DNA from: Mobula hypostoma
Lineage: Eukaryota
Assembly: GCF_963921235.1 (NCBI RefSeq)
Contig: NC_086097.1
Span: forward strand, 105,960,001-106,024,000
Reading direction: 5' to 3'
Length of the DNA: 64,000 nucleotides
Shown: positions 25,614 to 36,939 of the stretch, piece after piece
How positions within the stretch are numbered: position 1 is the stretch's first letter
How the letters are laid out: each line of letters starts with the position of its first letter
Made by a program: the position numbers and the translations under genes
The notes under the pieces: model-generated
The model's database searches: none
What the model was told of the DNA's origin: nothing
The model's input: only the letters and a program-made list of their open reading frames with translations

Positions 25614-26179
25614 AACTTCACCTCCTCTACCTTCAAAAGACTCAGCTGTCCTGACTTTACAATGAATAGTGAAGCCATTGAGTTGCTGCGCTGAGCTTGA
25701 AATGCCTTGTTTCCATGAAGCAAAGTCCTTAATAGCCCTCTTTTTCACGATCATTTTCTAAGGTCTTCAGGGAGACAGTATATTTGCCAACAGAACATTT
25801 GGGAGTGGGGGCCGAAGGTTTCTGCATTTTGACTTGATGGCTTCACCTGTAGCCTAGTATGCTCCACTCACATCCTATTTCTTAAAGAGAAATTGCACTT
25901 GCGACCTGCGTCTGCAGTCTGCGATCCATTGATTTTAAATGTCTTAAAATGCTGTTTCTTACTCATGACTGTGACTGGATTCCAGATTTAGTTGTCCTGA
26001 ATGGGAATATTTCATGATTTCCACCAGAGCTACATGCAAAACCTCAGCCCTTATTGACTCTTTCTTAAAACAGGCACACATTCATCATTTTTGGAACAGC
26101 TTCTTCTCCTCTTCCATCGTTTTTCTGAATGGACGTGTAACCCATGAATGCTCCCTCACTATCTTTTCTCTCTTGTTAC

Positions 26180-26665
26180 CCTATGCTCTCTTTATGTCAT
26201 GTACAACTTCAACATAACATCCCAACTCCTGTACTTAGAACTCTGATTTATGAAGCCCGATGTCCCAGAAACTCTCTTTATGCCCCTATCTACCTTTGAA
26301 GAAAATATGGATCTATTCTACCCCATGCTTCGGTGCCCTACCATTCACTGTGTAAACCCTACATTGGTTTGTTCCTCCCAAAGTGCAACACCTCATACTT
26401 GTCTGATTAAATTCCATCTGCCAGTTTTCCAGTTGGTCCAGATCCTACTGCAAGGTTTCAGAGCCTTCCTCACTGTCCACCATGGCCCCAGTTTTGGTGT
26501 CATCCAAAAAATTTGCTGATCCAGTTTAGCACATTATCATCCAGATTGTTAATATAGATGAAAACGACAATGGACCGAACACCGATCCCTGCGGCACACC
26601 TCCTGTCACTGGTCTCCAGTTGGTGAGCCATCCATCTACCACAAAGCCAATATCAAATCCATTGA
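26180..26665 (-). mobile_element. Decayed CR1 RT fragment
   Basis: Minus-strand GVPQGSVFGPLSF.IY..NLD...SKF.DD-like sequence. Confidence 0.7.
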
Positions 26666-26730
26666 ACCAGGCCTAATAATCTAGCAAAAGTCAGGAAACT
26701 GGTCCTCTTAAGGATTTTGAATACATCAGC

Positions 26731-26826
26731 CAGTCCAAATGAAGGGTCTCGGCCCAAAATGTCGGCTCATTATTCCTCTCCAAAGATGCTACCAGACCTG
26801 CTAAGTTCCTGCAGATAAGGTGTGTT
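26731..26826 (+). mobile_element. Penelope pLTR fragment with mutated hammerhead core
   Basis: CAGTC-CAAATGA-AGGGTCTCGGCCC-AAAA-TGTC-GGCT followed by GATGCT..GACCTGCTAAGTTCCTGCAG. Confidence 0.65.
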
Positions 26827-27398
26827 ATATTTTTGATCAAATTAAATTTGTTCTTGTATTTAATGTATTCGCCATGTCAATCTATTTTCATTCACTTTAA
26901 TTTGTATAATTTATTTCTGACTAGTAGGCAGAGGGGACGGTGTGGCTCTGAAGTCAAATCATTAGAAAGAGGTGACATAGGGTCAGAAGGTGTTGAATCA
27001 TTGTGGATAGAGGTAAGGAACTGCAAGGATAAAAAGTCACTGATGGAACTTGTATATAAAATCCCAAACAGTAGCAAGGACGTGGTCTACAAATTACAAC
27101 TGGCAATAGAAAATGCATGCCAGAAAGGCAATGTTACAATAGTCATGTAAGATTTCAATGTGCAGGTAGATTGCGAAAAACAGGTTGGCGCTGGATTCTA
27201 ACAGAGGGAATTTCTAGAATGCCAATGAGATAGCTTTTTAGAAAAGCTCATGGTTGAGCCCACTAGGAGATCAGCTATTCTGGATTGGGTGTTGTGCAAT
27301 GAACCAGAATTGATTAGAGAGCTTAAGGTAAAAGAACCTTTAGGGGAAAGTGATTATAATATGATAGAATTCACCCTGAATTTTGAGAAGGAGAAGCT

Positions 27399-28283
27399 GA
27401 TGACACAACAATTGTAGGCCGTATCTCGGTAATGATGAGTTTGAGTACAGAGAAGAAATTAAGAACCTGGTGGCATGGTGCGAAGACAATAACCTATCCC
27501 TCAACATCAGCAAGATAAAGGAATTGGTTGTTGACTTCAGAAGGAGTAGCAACTTACATCGGTGGTGCGCAAGTGGAACAAGTCAAAAGCTTTATGTTCC
27601 TCAGGGTCAGTATCACAAATGACCTGACTTGGACCAACCAAGCAGAGTCCACTGCCAAGAAGGCTCACCAGTGCCTTTACTTCCTGAGAAAACTAAAGAA
27701 ATTTGGCCTGTCCCCTAAATCCCTCACCAATTTTTATAGATGCACCATAGAAAGCATTCTCCTAGGGTGCATTACAACCTGGTATGGAAGTTGTCCTTTC
27801 CAAGACTGAAAGAAACTGCAGAAGATCATGAACACGGCAGAGCACATTACACAAACCAATCTTCAGTCCTTGGACTCACTTTACACTGCACGCTGTCGGA
27901 GCAGTGCTGCCAAGATAATCAAGAACACAATCCACCCAGCCAACACACTTTTCGTCCCTCTTCCCTCCGGGAGAAGGCTCAGGGGTTTGAAAACTCGTAC
28001 AGCCAGATTTGGGAACAGCTTCTTTCCAACTGTGATAAGACTGCTGAACGGATCCTGACCCGGATCTAGGTTGTACCCTCCAAATATCCGGACCTGCTTC
28101 TTGGCTTTTTTGCACTACCTTACTTTCCATTTTCTATTTTCTATTTGTAATTTATAATTTAAATTTTTAATATTTACTATCGATTTGTACTCGAGGGAGC
28201 GGGAAGCGAGGATCAAATATCGCTGTGATGATTGTACGTTCTAGTATCAATTGTTTGGCAACAATAAAGTATGAAGTATAAAG
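27399..28283 (+). mobile_element. Rex1/Babar 3' fragment, same family as 635-2787
   Basis: Closely similar to about 1916-2787; TAAAGT-type tail. Confidence 0.9.
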
Positions 28284-29795
28284 TCAGATGTATTACAGTG
28301 AAGTAAAGGGAATTACAGAGGCATGAGAGAGGAGTTAGCCAGAATTGATTGGAAAAGAACACTGGCAGGGATGACAGCTGAGCAGCAATAGCTGGAATTT
28401 CTGGAAGCAATTTGGAAGGCACAGGATGTATACAAACCAAAGAAGAAGAAGTATTCTAAAGGCAAGATGACACAACTGTGGCTAACAAGAGAGGTCAAGG
28501 CCAACATAAAGAGAGGGCATACAATGGAGCAAAAAGTAGTGGGAAGTTAGAGGATTGGGAAGCTTTTAAAAACCAACAAAAGGCAACATCATTAAGAAGG
28601 TAAAGATGGAATACAAAAGTAAGCTGGTCAATATTAAAGAGGATACTAAAAGTGTCTTCAGATACATAAGGTGTAAAAGAGAGGTGAGAATAGGTATTAG
28701 ACAGCTGGAAAACTATGCTGGAGAGGTAGTAAGGGGTTACAAAGAAACAGCAGATAAAATGAATAAGTATTTAGCATCAGTCTTCACTGTGGCAGACACT
28801 AGCAATATAGTAGAAGTTCTAGGTGTCATGGGTCATGAAGTGTGTGAAGTTACCATTACTAGAGAGAAGGTTCTTGGGAAACTGAAAGGTCTGAAGGTAG
28901 ATAAGTCACCTGAACCAGATGGTGTACACACCAGAGTTTTGAAAGAGGTGGCTGAAGATATCGTCAAGGCATTAGTAATCATCTTTCAGGGATCACCAGA
29001 TTGTAGAATGGTTCCAGAAGACTGGAAAATTGCAAATGTCCTCCACTCTAAAAGGACAGAGGCAGAAGAAAGGAAATTATAGGCCAGTTAGTCTGACCTC
29101 AGTGGTTGGGAAGATGATGGAGTTGATTGTTAAAGATGATGTCTCAGGGTGCTTGGAGGCACATGATAAAATAGGCCGTAGACAGCATGGTTTCCTCAAG
29201 GGAAAATCTCGCTGGACAAATCTGTTGGAATTCTTTAAAGGAATAACAAGCAGGATGGACAAAGGAGAATCGGTTGATGCTGTGTATTTGGATTTTTAGA
29301 AGTCCTTTGAAAAGGTGCCACGCATGAGACTGCTTACAGGGAAGATTCTAGCATGGATAAATCCCTGGCTAAGTAGTTGGAGGCAAAGAGTGGGAATAAA
29401 AGGAGCTTTTTCTGGTTGGCTGCTGGGGACTAGTGGTATTCCACTGGGGTCTGGCTTTTTGCAAAGTTTGCAAAGGATATGAAGAAAGGTGGACAGGCAG
29501 GTACTTTTGAGCAAGTAGAGAGGCTACAGAAGGATTTAGATAGATTAGGAGAAGGGCAAGGAAATGACAGATGGAATACAGTGTTGGGAAGCATGCGGTC
29601 ATGCACTTTGGTAGAAGAAATGAAAGGTTTGACAATTTTCTAAATGAAGAGAAAATACAAAAAAAGAGGCGTTAAGGGAATTGGGAGTGTTTGTTTAGGA
29701 TTCCATAGAAACCATAGAAACCATAGAAACTATAGCACAGAAACAGGCCCTTTGGCCCTTCTTGGCTGTGCCGAACCATTTTCTGCCTTGTCCCA

Positions 29796-32714
29796 CTAAC
29801 CTGCACACGGACCATATCCCTCCATACACCTTCCATCCATGCATCTGTCCAATTTATTCTTAAATGCTAAAAAAGAACCCGCATTTACCACCTCGTCTGG
29901 CAGCTCATTCCATACTCCCACCACTCTCTGTGTGAAGAAGCCCCCCCTAATGTTCCCTTTAAACTTTTCCCCCCTCACCCTTAACCCATGTCCTCTGGTC
30001 TTTTTCTCCCCTTGCCTCAGTGGAAAAAGCCTGCTTGCATTCACTCTATCTATACCCATCATAATTTTATATACCTCTATCAAATCTCCCCTTGTTCTTC
30101 TATGCTCCAGGGAATAAAGTCCTACCCTATTCAACCCTTCTCTGTAACTGAGTTTCTCAAGTCCCAGCAACATCCTTGTAAACCTTCTCTGCACTCTTTC
30201 AACCTTATTTATATCCTTCCTGTAATTTGGTGACCAAAACTGAACACAATACTCCAGATTCGGCCTCACCAATGCCTTATACAACCTCATCATAACATTC
30301 CAGCTCTTATACTCAATACTTCGATTAATAAAGGCCAATGTACCAAAATCTCTCTTTACAACCCTATCTACCTGTGACGGCACTTTTAGGGAATTTTGGA
30401 TCTGTATTCCCAAATCCCTCTGTTCCACTGCACTCCTCAGTGCCTTACCATTAACCCTGTATGTTCTACATTGGTTTGTCCTTTCAACGTGCAATACCTC
30501 ACACTTGTCAGTATTAAACTCCATCTGCCATTTTTCAGCCCATTTTTCCAGATGGTCCAAGTCCCTCTGCAGGCTCTGAAAACCTTCCTCACTGCCTACT
30601 ACACCTCCAATCTTTGTATCATCAGCAAACTTGCTGATCCAATTTACCACATTATCATCCAGATCATTGATATAGATGACAAATAACAATGGATCCAGCA
30701 CTGATCCCTGTGGCACACCACTAGTCACAGGCCTCCACTCAGAGAAGCAATTCTCTACCTCCACTCTCTGGTTTCTTCCATCGAGCCAATGTCTAATCCA
30801 ATTTACCACCTCTCCATGTATACCTAGCGACTGAATTTTCCTAACTAACCTCCCATGCGGGACCTTGTCAAAGGCCTTACTGAAGTCCATGTAGACAATA
30901 TCCACTGCCTTCCCTTCATCCACTTTCCTGGTAACCTCCTCGAAAAACTCCAACAGATTGGTCAAACATGACCTACCACGCACAAAGCCATGTTGACTCT
31001 CCCTAATAAGTCCCTGTCTATCCAAATGCTTGTAGATTCTGTCTCTTAGTACTCCCTCCAATAACTTACCTACTACTGACGTTAAACTCACCGGCCTATA
31101 ATTTCCCAGATTACTTTTCGATCCTTTTTTAAACAACGGAACAACATGAGCCACTCTCCAATCCTCCGGCACTTCACCCGTAGACAGCGACATTTTAAAT
31201 ATTTCTGCCAGGGCCCCCGCAATTTCAACACTAGTCTCCTTCAAGGTCCGAGGGAACACTCTGTCAGGTCCTGGGGATTTATCCACTTTAATTTTCCTCA
31301 AGACCGCAAGCACCTCCTCCTTTTCAATCTCTACAGTTTCCATGATCTCACTACTTGATTCCCTCAATTCCATAGATTTCATGCCAGCTTCCTTAGTAAA
31401 TACAGACGCAAAAAACCTATTTAAGATCTCCCCCATTTCCTTTGGTTCCGCACAAAGCCGACCACTCTGATCTTCAAGAGGACCAATTTTATCCCTTATA
31501 ATCCTTTTGCTCTTAATACACTTGTAAAAGCTCTTTGGATTATCCTTCACTTTGACTGCCAAGGCAACCTCATGTCTTCTTTTAGCCCTCCTGATTTCTT
31601 TCTTAAGTATTTTTTTGCACTTCTTATACTCCACAAGCACCTGATTTACTCCCTGTTTCCTATACATTTCATACAACTCCCTCTTCTTCTTCATCAGAGT
31701 TTCAATATCCCTTGAGAACCAAGGTTCCTTATTCCTATTCAATTTGCCTTTAATCCTGACAGGAACATACAAACTCTGCACTCTCAAACTTTCCCCTTTG
31801 AATGCTTCCCACCTACCAATCACATCTTTGCCAGAAAACAACCTGTCCCAATCCACGCTTTTTAGATCCTTTCTCATTTCTTCAAATTTGGCTTTCTTCC
31901 AGTTCAGAACCTCAACCCTAGGACCAGATCTATCCTTGTCCATGATCAAATTGAAACTAATGGTGTTATGATCACTGGAACCAAAGTGCTCCCCTACACA
32001 GACTTCTGTCACTTGCCCTAATTCGTTACCTAACAGGAGATCCAATATTGCATCCCCTCTAGTTGGTCCCTCTATATATTGATTTAGAAAGCTTTCCTGA
32101 ACACATTTTACGAACTCTAAACCATCTGGACCCCTAACAGTATGGGAGTCCCAATCAATGTATGGAAAATTAAAATCCCCTACCACCACAACTTCATGTT
32201 TCCTGCAGTTGGCTGCTATCTCTCTCCAGATTTGCTCTTCCAAGTCTCGTTGACCATTGGGTGGTCTGTAATACAATCCCAGTAATGTGGCCATACCTTT
32301 CCTGTTTCTCAGCTCCACCCATAAGGACTCAGTAGACAAGCCCTCTAATCTGTCCTGCCTGAGCACTGCTGTAATATTTTCCCTAACAAGCAATGCTACT
32401 CCCCCACCTTTCATTCCTCTGCCCCGATCACATCTGAAACATCGGAACCCTGGAATATTAAGCTGCCAGTCCTGCCCCTCCTGTAGCCAAGTTTCAATAA
32501 TTGCTACAACATCATAATTCCGCGTGTCAATCCACACCCTCAACTCATCCGCCTTCCCCACAATACTCCTAGCATTGAAATATATACACCTCAGAAGATT
32601 TTTACCACCACTCACAACCTTTCTATCAGCAGATTTACTTAAACTTTCAACATCATTTATTTTCACCCCAGCCACACTGTCAGCTCTGGCACTCTGGTTC
32701 CCATCCCCCTGCAA
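29796..32714 (-). CDS. CR1 ORF2: APE endonuclease plus reverse transcriptase, uninterrupted 972 aa
   Basis: YFNARSI, ETW, GDFN, SDH (EN); YRPVSLTS, DFSKAFD, PQGSVLDP, FADD (RT); true start uncertain. Confidence 0.92.
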   Translation of the reverse strand: MQGDGNQSARADSVAGVKINDVESLSKSADRKVVSGGKNLLRCIYFNARSIVGKADELRVWIDTRNYDVVAIIETWLQEGQDWQLNIPGFRCFRCDRGRGMKGGGVALLVRENITAVLRQDRLEGLSTESLWVELRNRKGMATLLGLYYRPPNGQRDLEEQIWREIAANCRKHEVVVVGDFNFPYIDWDSHTVRGPDGLEFVKCVQESFLNQYIEGPTRGDAILDLLLGNELGQVTEVCVGEHFGSSDHNTISFNLIMDKDRSGPRVEVLNWKKAKFEEMRKDLKSVDWDRLFSGKDVIGRWEAFKGESLRVQSLYVPVRIKGKLNRNKEPWFSRDIETLMKKKRELYEMYRKQGVNQVLVEYKKCKKILKKEIRRAKRRHEVALAVKVKDNPKSFYKCIKSKRIIRDKIGPLEDQSGRLCAEPKEMGEILNRFFASVFTKEAGMKSMELRESSSEIMETVEIEKEEVLAVLRKIKVDKSPGPDRVFPRTLKETSVEIAGALAEIFKMSLSTGEVPEDWRVAHVVPLFKKGSKSNLGNYRPVSLTSVVGKLLEGVLRDRIYKHLDRQGLIRESQHGFVRGRSCLTNLLEFFEEVTRKVDEGKAVDIVYMDFSKAFDKVPHGRLVRKIQSLGIHGEVVNWIRHWLDGRNQRVEVENCFSEWRPVTSGVPQGSVLDPLLFVIYINDLDDNVVNWISKFADDTKIGGVVGSEEGFQSLQRDLDHLEKWAEKWQMEFNTDKCEVLHVERTNQCRTYRVNGKALRSAVEQRDLGIQIQNSLKVPSQVDRVVKRDFGTLAFINRSIEYKSWNVMMRLYKALVRPNLEYCVQFWSPNYRKDINKVERVQRRFTRMLLGLEKLSYREGLNRVGLYSLEHRRTRGDLIEVYKIMMGIDRVNASRLFPLRQGEKKTRGHGLRVRGEKFKGNIRGGFFTQRVVGVWNELPDEVVNAGSFLAFKNKLDRCMDGRCMEGYGPCAG

Positions 32715-33202
32715 ATCTAGTTTAAAGCCTCCCCAGTAGCACTAACAAACCTCCCTGAAAGGATATTGGTCCCCCTGTGGTTCAAGTGTAACCCGTCTCT
32801 CTTGTACAGGTCCCACCTGCCCCAGAAGAGGTCCTAATGATCCTGAAATCTGAAACCGTGCCCCCTACACCAGTTCCTCAGCCACTTGTTCCTCCTCCAG
32901 AGCATCCTATTCCTACCCTCACTGGCACCTAGCACAGGTAGCAATCCTGAGATTACCACCCTTGAGGTCCTGCTTTTCAACTTCCTACCAAGTTCTCTAT
33001 ACTCACTGTCCAGGACCTCTTCACTCTTCCTTGCTATGTCATTGGTACCGATGTGCACCACGACATCTGGCTGGTCACCCTCCCACTTCAGAATGTCATG
33101 CAATCGATCAGAGACATCCTTGACCCTGGCACCTGGGAGGCAACAAACCATCCTGGATTCTCTGTCACGACCACAGAACCTTCTATCTGCACCTTTAACT
33201 AT
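32711..33202 (-). pseudogene. CR1 ORF1 C-terminal part (SGNH/GDSL esterase-like), with a premature stop
   Basis: VCCLPGARV, VVVHIGTNDI, VVISGLLPV; stop at 32834. Confidence 0.8.
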
Positions 33203-35728
33203 CCTAAAGGTTAATTTGCAGGTTGAGTCTGTGGTGAGGAAGGAAATGCAATGATAGCATTCATTTCAAGAGGACTGGAATATAAAAGCAAGGATGTAAT
33301 GTTGAGACTTTATAAAGCACCGGGGAGGCCTCACTCAGAGTATTGTGAGCAGTTTTGGGCCCCTTAGAAAGGATGTGCTGAAACTGGAGAAGCTTCAAAG
33401 GAGGTTCACGAAAATGAATTCCAGGTTTGAATGGCTTGAAATATGAAGAGCATTTGATGCCTCTGTTAACTGGGATTCGAAGAATGAGGGGTGAGCTCAT
33501 TAAAACCTATCAAATGGTGATAGACCTTGATAGTGGACATGGAGTGGATGTTTCCTATGGTGGGAGAATCTAAGACCAGGCGACACAGTCTCAGAATAGA
33601 GGCGTCCTTTTAGAACAGAGATGAGAAGTTATTTCTTTAGCCAGAGAGTGGTGAATCTATGGAACTCGTTGCCTTAAGGAGCTGCGGATGCCAAGTCTGT
33701 ACATGTATTTAAGGCAGAGGTTGTTGATTTTTGATTAGTCAAGGCATAAATGGATACGAGGAGAAGGCAGGAGATTGGAGCTGAGAGGAAAATTGGATCA
33801 GTCAGGATGAAATGGTGATGCAAACTCAATGGGCCACGTGGACTAATTCTGCTCCTATATCTTATGGTCTTGTGGTCTAATTCTATATTGAATAATCATG
33901 CAATCACTCGTCTTTCAATACCATCAATTTGAGGCAGTTTGCTTTAAATGCTAAGGCAACTTTTTAGTCCCAATTTGTCACTGCCCTCAAATTTTGCAAA
34001 GACAATGGGCTCAGAAAATCCTTGTGCCTGTACCACTTGCTTCTTTGCACCCGAGGAGAATAAAATGAATTTTCCCCTTTTGAAGAGAGATTTGTGAAAT
34101 TTTATTTGGAGATGTGAACTGACACAGCATATGGAGCAGATAAACTTTAGGAAGCTTGAAATGATTTGAGGTTAAAGGGTTAAGAAAGATTGGGAGCCTC
34201 ATCCCTACTGCTAGAGCAATTAGCCTTGGGTCTTGATATCTGTCTGCAGCAGATACGGTTTTTGGTTAATATATATTTGGGGGATTTTAACCATCTGGTG
34301 CATTGCTGTTCCATGCTGTGAAAGAGACAATCCTACGGAGTGTGATGAATATTCACAGTCCAAGGTCAGGGAGCGTTTTTCTCAAGCTCAGTTTTCTAAA
34401 CACAGCAACTGACACTTCTTGAGATCAAAGAGTTGTTTTTGAGTAAGTTAAGTTTCCAACCAACATTCTTTGTTCAGTTTCCTGTTGTAAATCAGAGCCG
34501 GTCTTCAGTTCTTAATGTAAATAACAAGCAATAATCAGTCTGAAGTGAAAAGGAAAGCTTTGCAAATGAACAGCACGGTCTATGGAGCACAGGCTGCTGG
34601 CCCACAACTCAGGGATGATTGCTCAAGAAATGAAGTATAAGAAAATTCTGTATGTTAATTGAGTTTGTATCAAACCAGACAACACTGGTCAAGTTACTTA
34701 ATTTTTAAAAAGTTTGCAGAACAGATTGATCTTATCACATAGCACATCAAATTGCTGATCTATTAATAGTTGGAAGATTTGTGTACTCACACGGTCACGT
34801 CTCACAGTACAAATCTTGGGTATCTGGGACTTCTGTCCCAGAAGCTGTTAGACCATCTGTGTGAAGAGGTAACTGGAAAAATATCAGGTGTGTGAAGTCA
34901 TTGATTGGACTACTGCACAGATGCAGGAGAAGTGCTCCTGCATAAGTCCGGTGAAGAGTTTTAAAAACCCAGTCTTCATAAAAGAGGGGTACAGTCTAGC
35001 GGAGCGGTCATGGCCTGAGTCAAAGTGGTAAGGCTTTAACTCAACAGGCATCAGCGAGAATAAGAAAAGGCAAGGTAAGGAGGTGTATAGGTAAGTGTAT
35101 GATGTATGAGTAGGTGTGTGGGTATAAAAATTAGCATGGCAGGGAAATGGTTAACAATTAGGAATTTGTGGGCCTGTTATGTTATTGATACTAGATAAGG
35201 AGAGAACAATATGTGACTCTAGTCTACCGGATAACATGCCTGAAAGCAAGCTAAAAGTGCTGAATTGAGTAAAAGTAATTAATCACCTTGTCTCTAAAGA
35301 ATGTTTTTTACATTGTTTCATTGCAAGATTAATATGATGCATTGTCCCTGAGGGGGCAAAGGCCGGTTGTTACAGGTCACCCGACCGTGGTACTTGCAGG
35401 TATGGAAGATGTATGTTGGCTTAATACATGACCAGGACTTGGACTGGCCCAAGTTAGGGCCATGTAAGCATCGGATTGGATGCCTAGCCCCTTCCAGCTG
35501 GACTGGGAGGTGGCAATAGTGCTATAAAGGTGGGAAAGTTCTTCCTTGAGCAGAGCACTTGCCTGGGTCCCACCTTCGGGCTGAGCAGCTGAACTGACAC
35601 CAAGGAGTCCACGGTCGATCACCTGCTTCAGGGACCACGCAGACATTGCTAAGTATACTTGGTGGTGTAGACTACCAGGGGTTGCTTAAGTTAGCCCTAC
35701 CTATTAGTGGTGTAGGTAGTGTATAATA

Positions 35729-36618
35729 CAGGTGCCCCCCGCTTTTCGAACGTTCGCTTTACGAAACCTCACTGTTACGAAAGACCTACATTAATACCCT
35801 GTTTTCGCTTTCAGAAGGTGTTTTCACTGTTACGAAGAAAGGCAGCGCGCGATAAAAGGCAGCCCGCGCCCCGAGCAGCCACTCTCCCCCGGATTCGGAA
35901 CAGCATTGCTAAAAAACACGTGCCTGTGAGCAGCCATTTGCAAGATGTCAGAAAAGCTTGAAAGAGCTCGTAAGGGTGTTACACTTAGTGTAAAACTAGA
36001 CATAATTAAACATTTCGATCGTGGTGAACGAAGCAAGGACAAAGTGAGTTTGGCTTGTGGAAGCTGATGAAGATGATGTTGAGCAGGTTTTGGCATCCCA
36101 TGACCAAGATCTGATAGATGAAGAGCTGATGCAATTGGAAGCGGAAAAGATAACAAACAAAACCGAATGCGGTAGCGAAAGTGAAGCAACTGTGTGAGAT
36201 TTTCACTGCAATGATAAAGTACGACTTTAATTTTGAAAAGGTAGGTAGGTTTAGGGGATATTTGCAAGATGGTTTGAGTCCTTACAAAGAACTGTGTGAC
36301 AGAAAAATGCGCGAGGCTCAGCAGTCAAGCAAGCCTTCCATATCAGCCACAGCAGACGACGAACCTCGACCTTCGACATCGAGGTGGGCAGTCATAGGAC
36401 AAGATGAACTGCCTGCCCTGATCGATGATGAGATGACACCCCCGTGTCCCACCACCCCAACCCCTGGGCCCTGGACAGATACTGTACTGATTCGCGGAGA
36501 ATGCAGCGGTAGCCGGAAGGCACACAGCACATCTTTAAGAAAAAAGCCGAAATAAACATGCCAATTAATTAGGTGCCACCTAGTACGTAATTGTTGGCCC
36601 AGATCAGAGGCGATGCAA
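35729..36618 (+). mobile_element. Tigger/pogo-type DNA transposon, internally deleted, right end missing
   Basis: TA|CAGGTGCCCCCCGCTTTTCG terminus; RARKGVTLSVKLDIIKHFDRGERSKD N-terminus jumping to C-terminal DDVEQVLASH; related to 49845-51215. Confidence 0.82.
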
Positions 36619-36884
36619 TTCACTGGAATGATTCCAGGAATGAGAGGGTTAACATATGGAATTTGTTGCCACGGGCAGCAGTGGAGGCCAGGTCATTGGG
36701 TGTATTTAAGGCAGAGATTGATAGGTATCTGAGTAGCCAGGGCATCAAAGGTTATGGTGAGAAGGCGGGGGAGTGGGACTAAATGGAAGAATGGATCAGC
36801 TCATGATAAAATGGCGGAGCAGACTCGATGGGCCGAATGGCCGACTTCTGCTCCTTTGTCTTATGGTCTTATGGTCTTATGGTT
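36619..36884 (+). mobile_element. CR1 3' tip with internal deletion
   Basis: ...GGGTTAACATATG|GAATTTGTTGCC joins two distant segments; TATGGTCT tail. Confidence 0.85.
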
Positions 36885-36939
36885 ATTCTTATTGGGTATC
36901 AGTTTTGTGGAACAATTGTCGTAGTCAGCAAGATTCGAA

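Larger units (their letters stand above)
23939..25800 (-). mobile_element. Deleted Rex1/Babar LINE (EN region and tail) with inserted Gypsy and CR1 fragments
   Basis: (GATTCT)n tail at 23939-23954; LPSELNVFCAGFE; GDFNQA; DLEHLAVK.PFYLSREFSAIILVAVYI. Confidence 0.7.
29704..33202 (-). mobile_element. Young CR1 LINE, truncated within ORF1
   Basis: (CCATAGAAA)n tail; intact ORF2; partial ORF1. Confidence 0.95.
26920..33879 (+). mobile_element. Decayed CR1 LINE (EN-RT-3' UTR) hosting Rex1 and CR1 insertions
   Basis: ESLWIEVRN, KVDKSP.PDGVH, NYRPVSLTSVVGK; resumes at 33203 (CCTAAAGGTTAAT) and ends in TATGGTCT tail. Confidence 0.88.

Noticed and set aside
34900..35095. Possible detached CR1 5' UTR
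   Set aside because: Only a vague resemblance; cannot be supported without a consensus alignment
35377..35646. 89-aa minus-strand ORF in a GC-richer patch
   Set aside because: No recognisable motif or splice support; cannot assign
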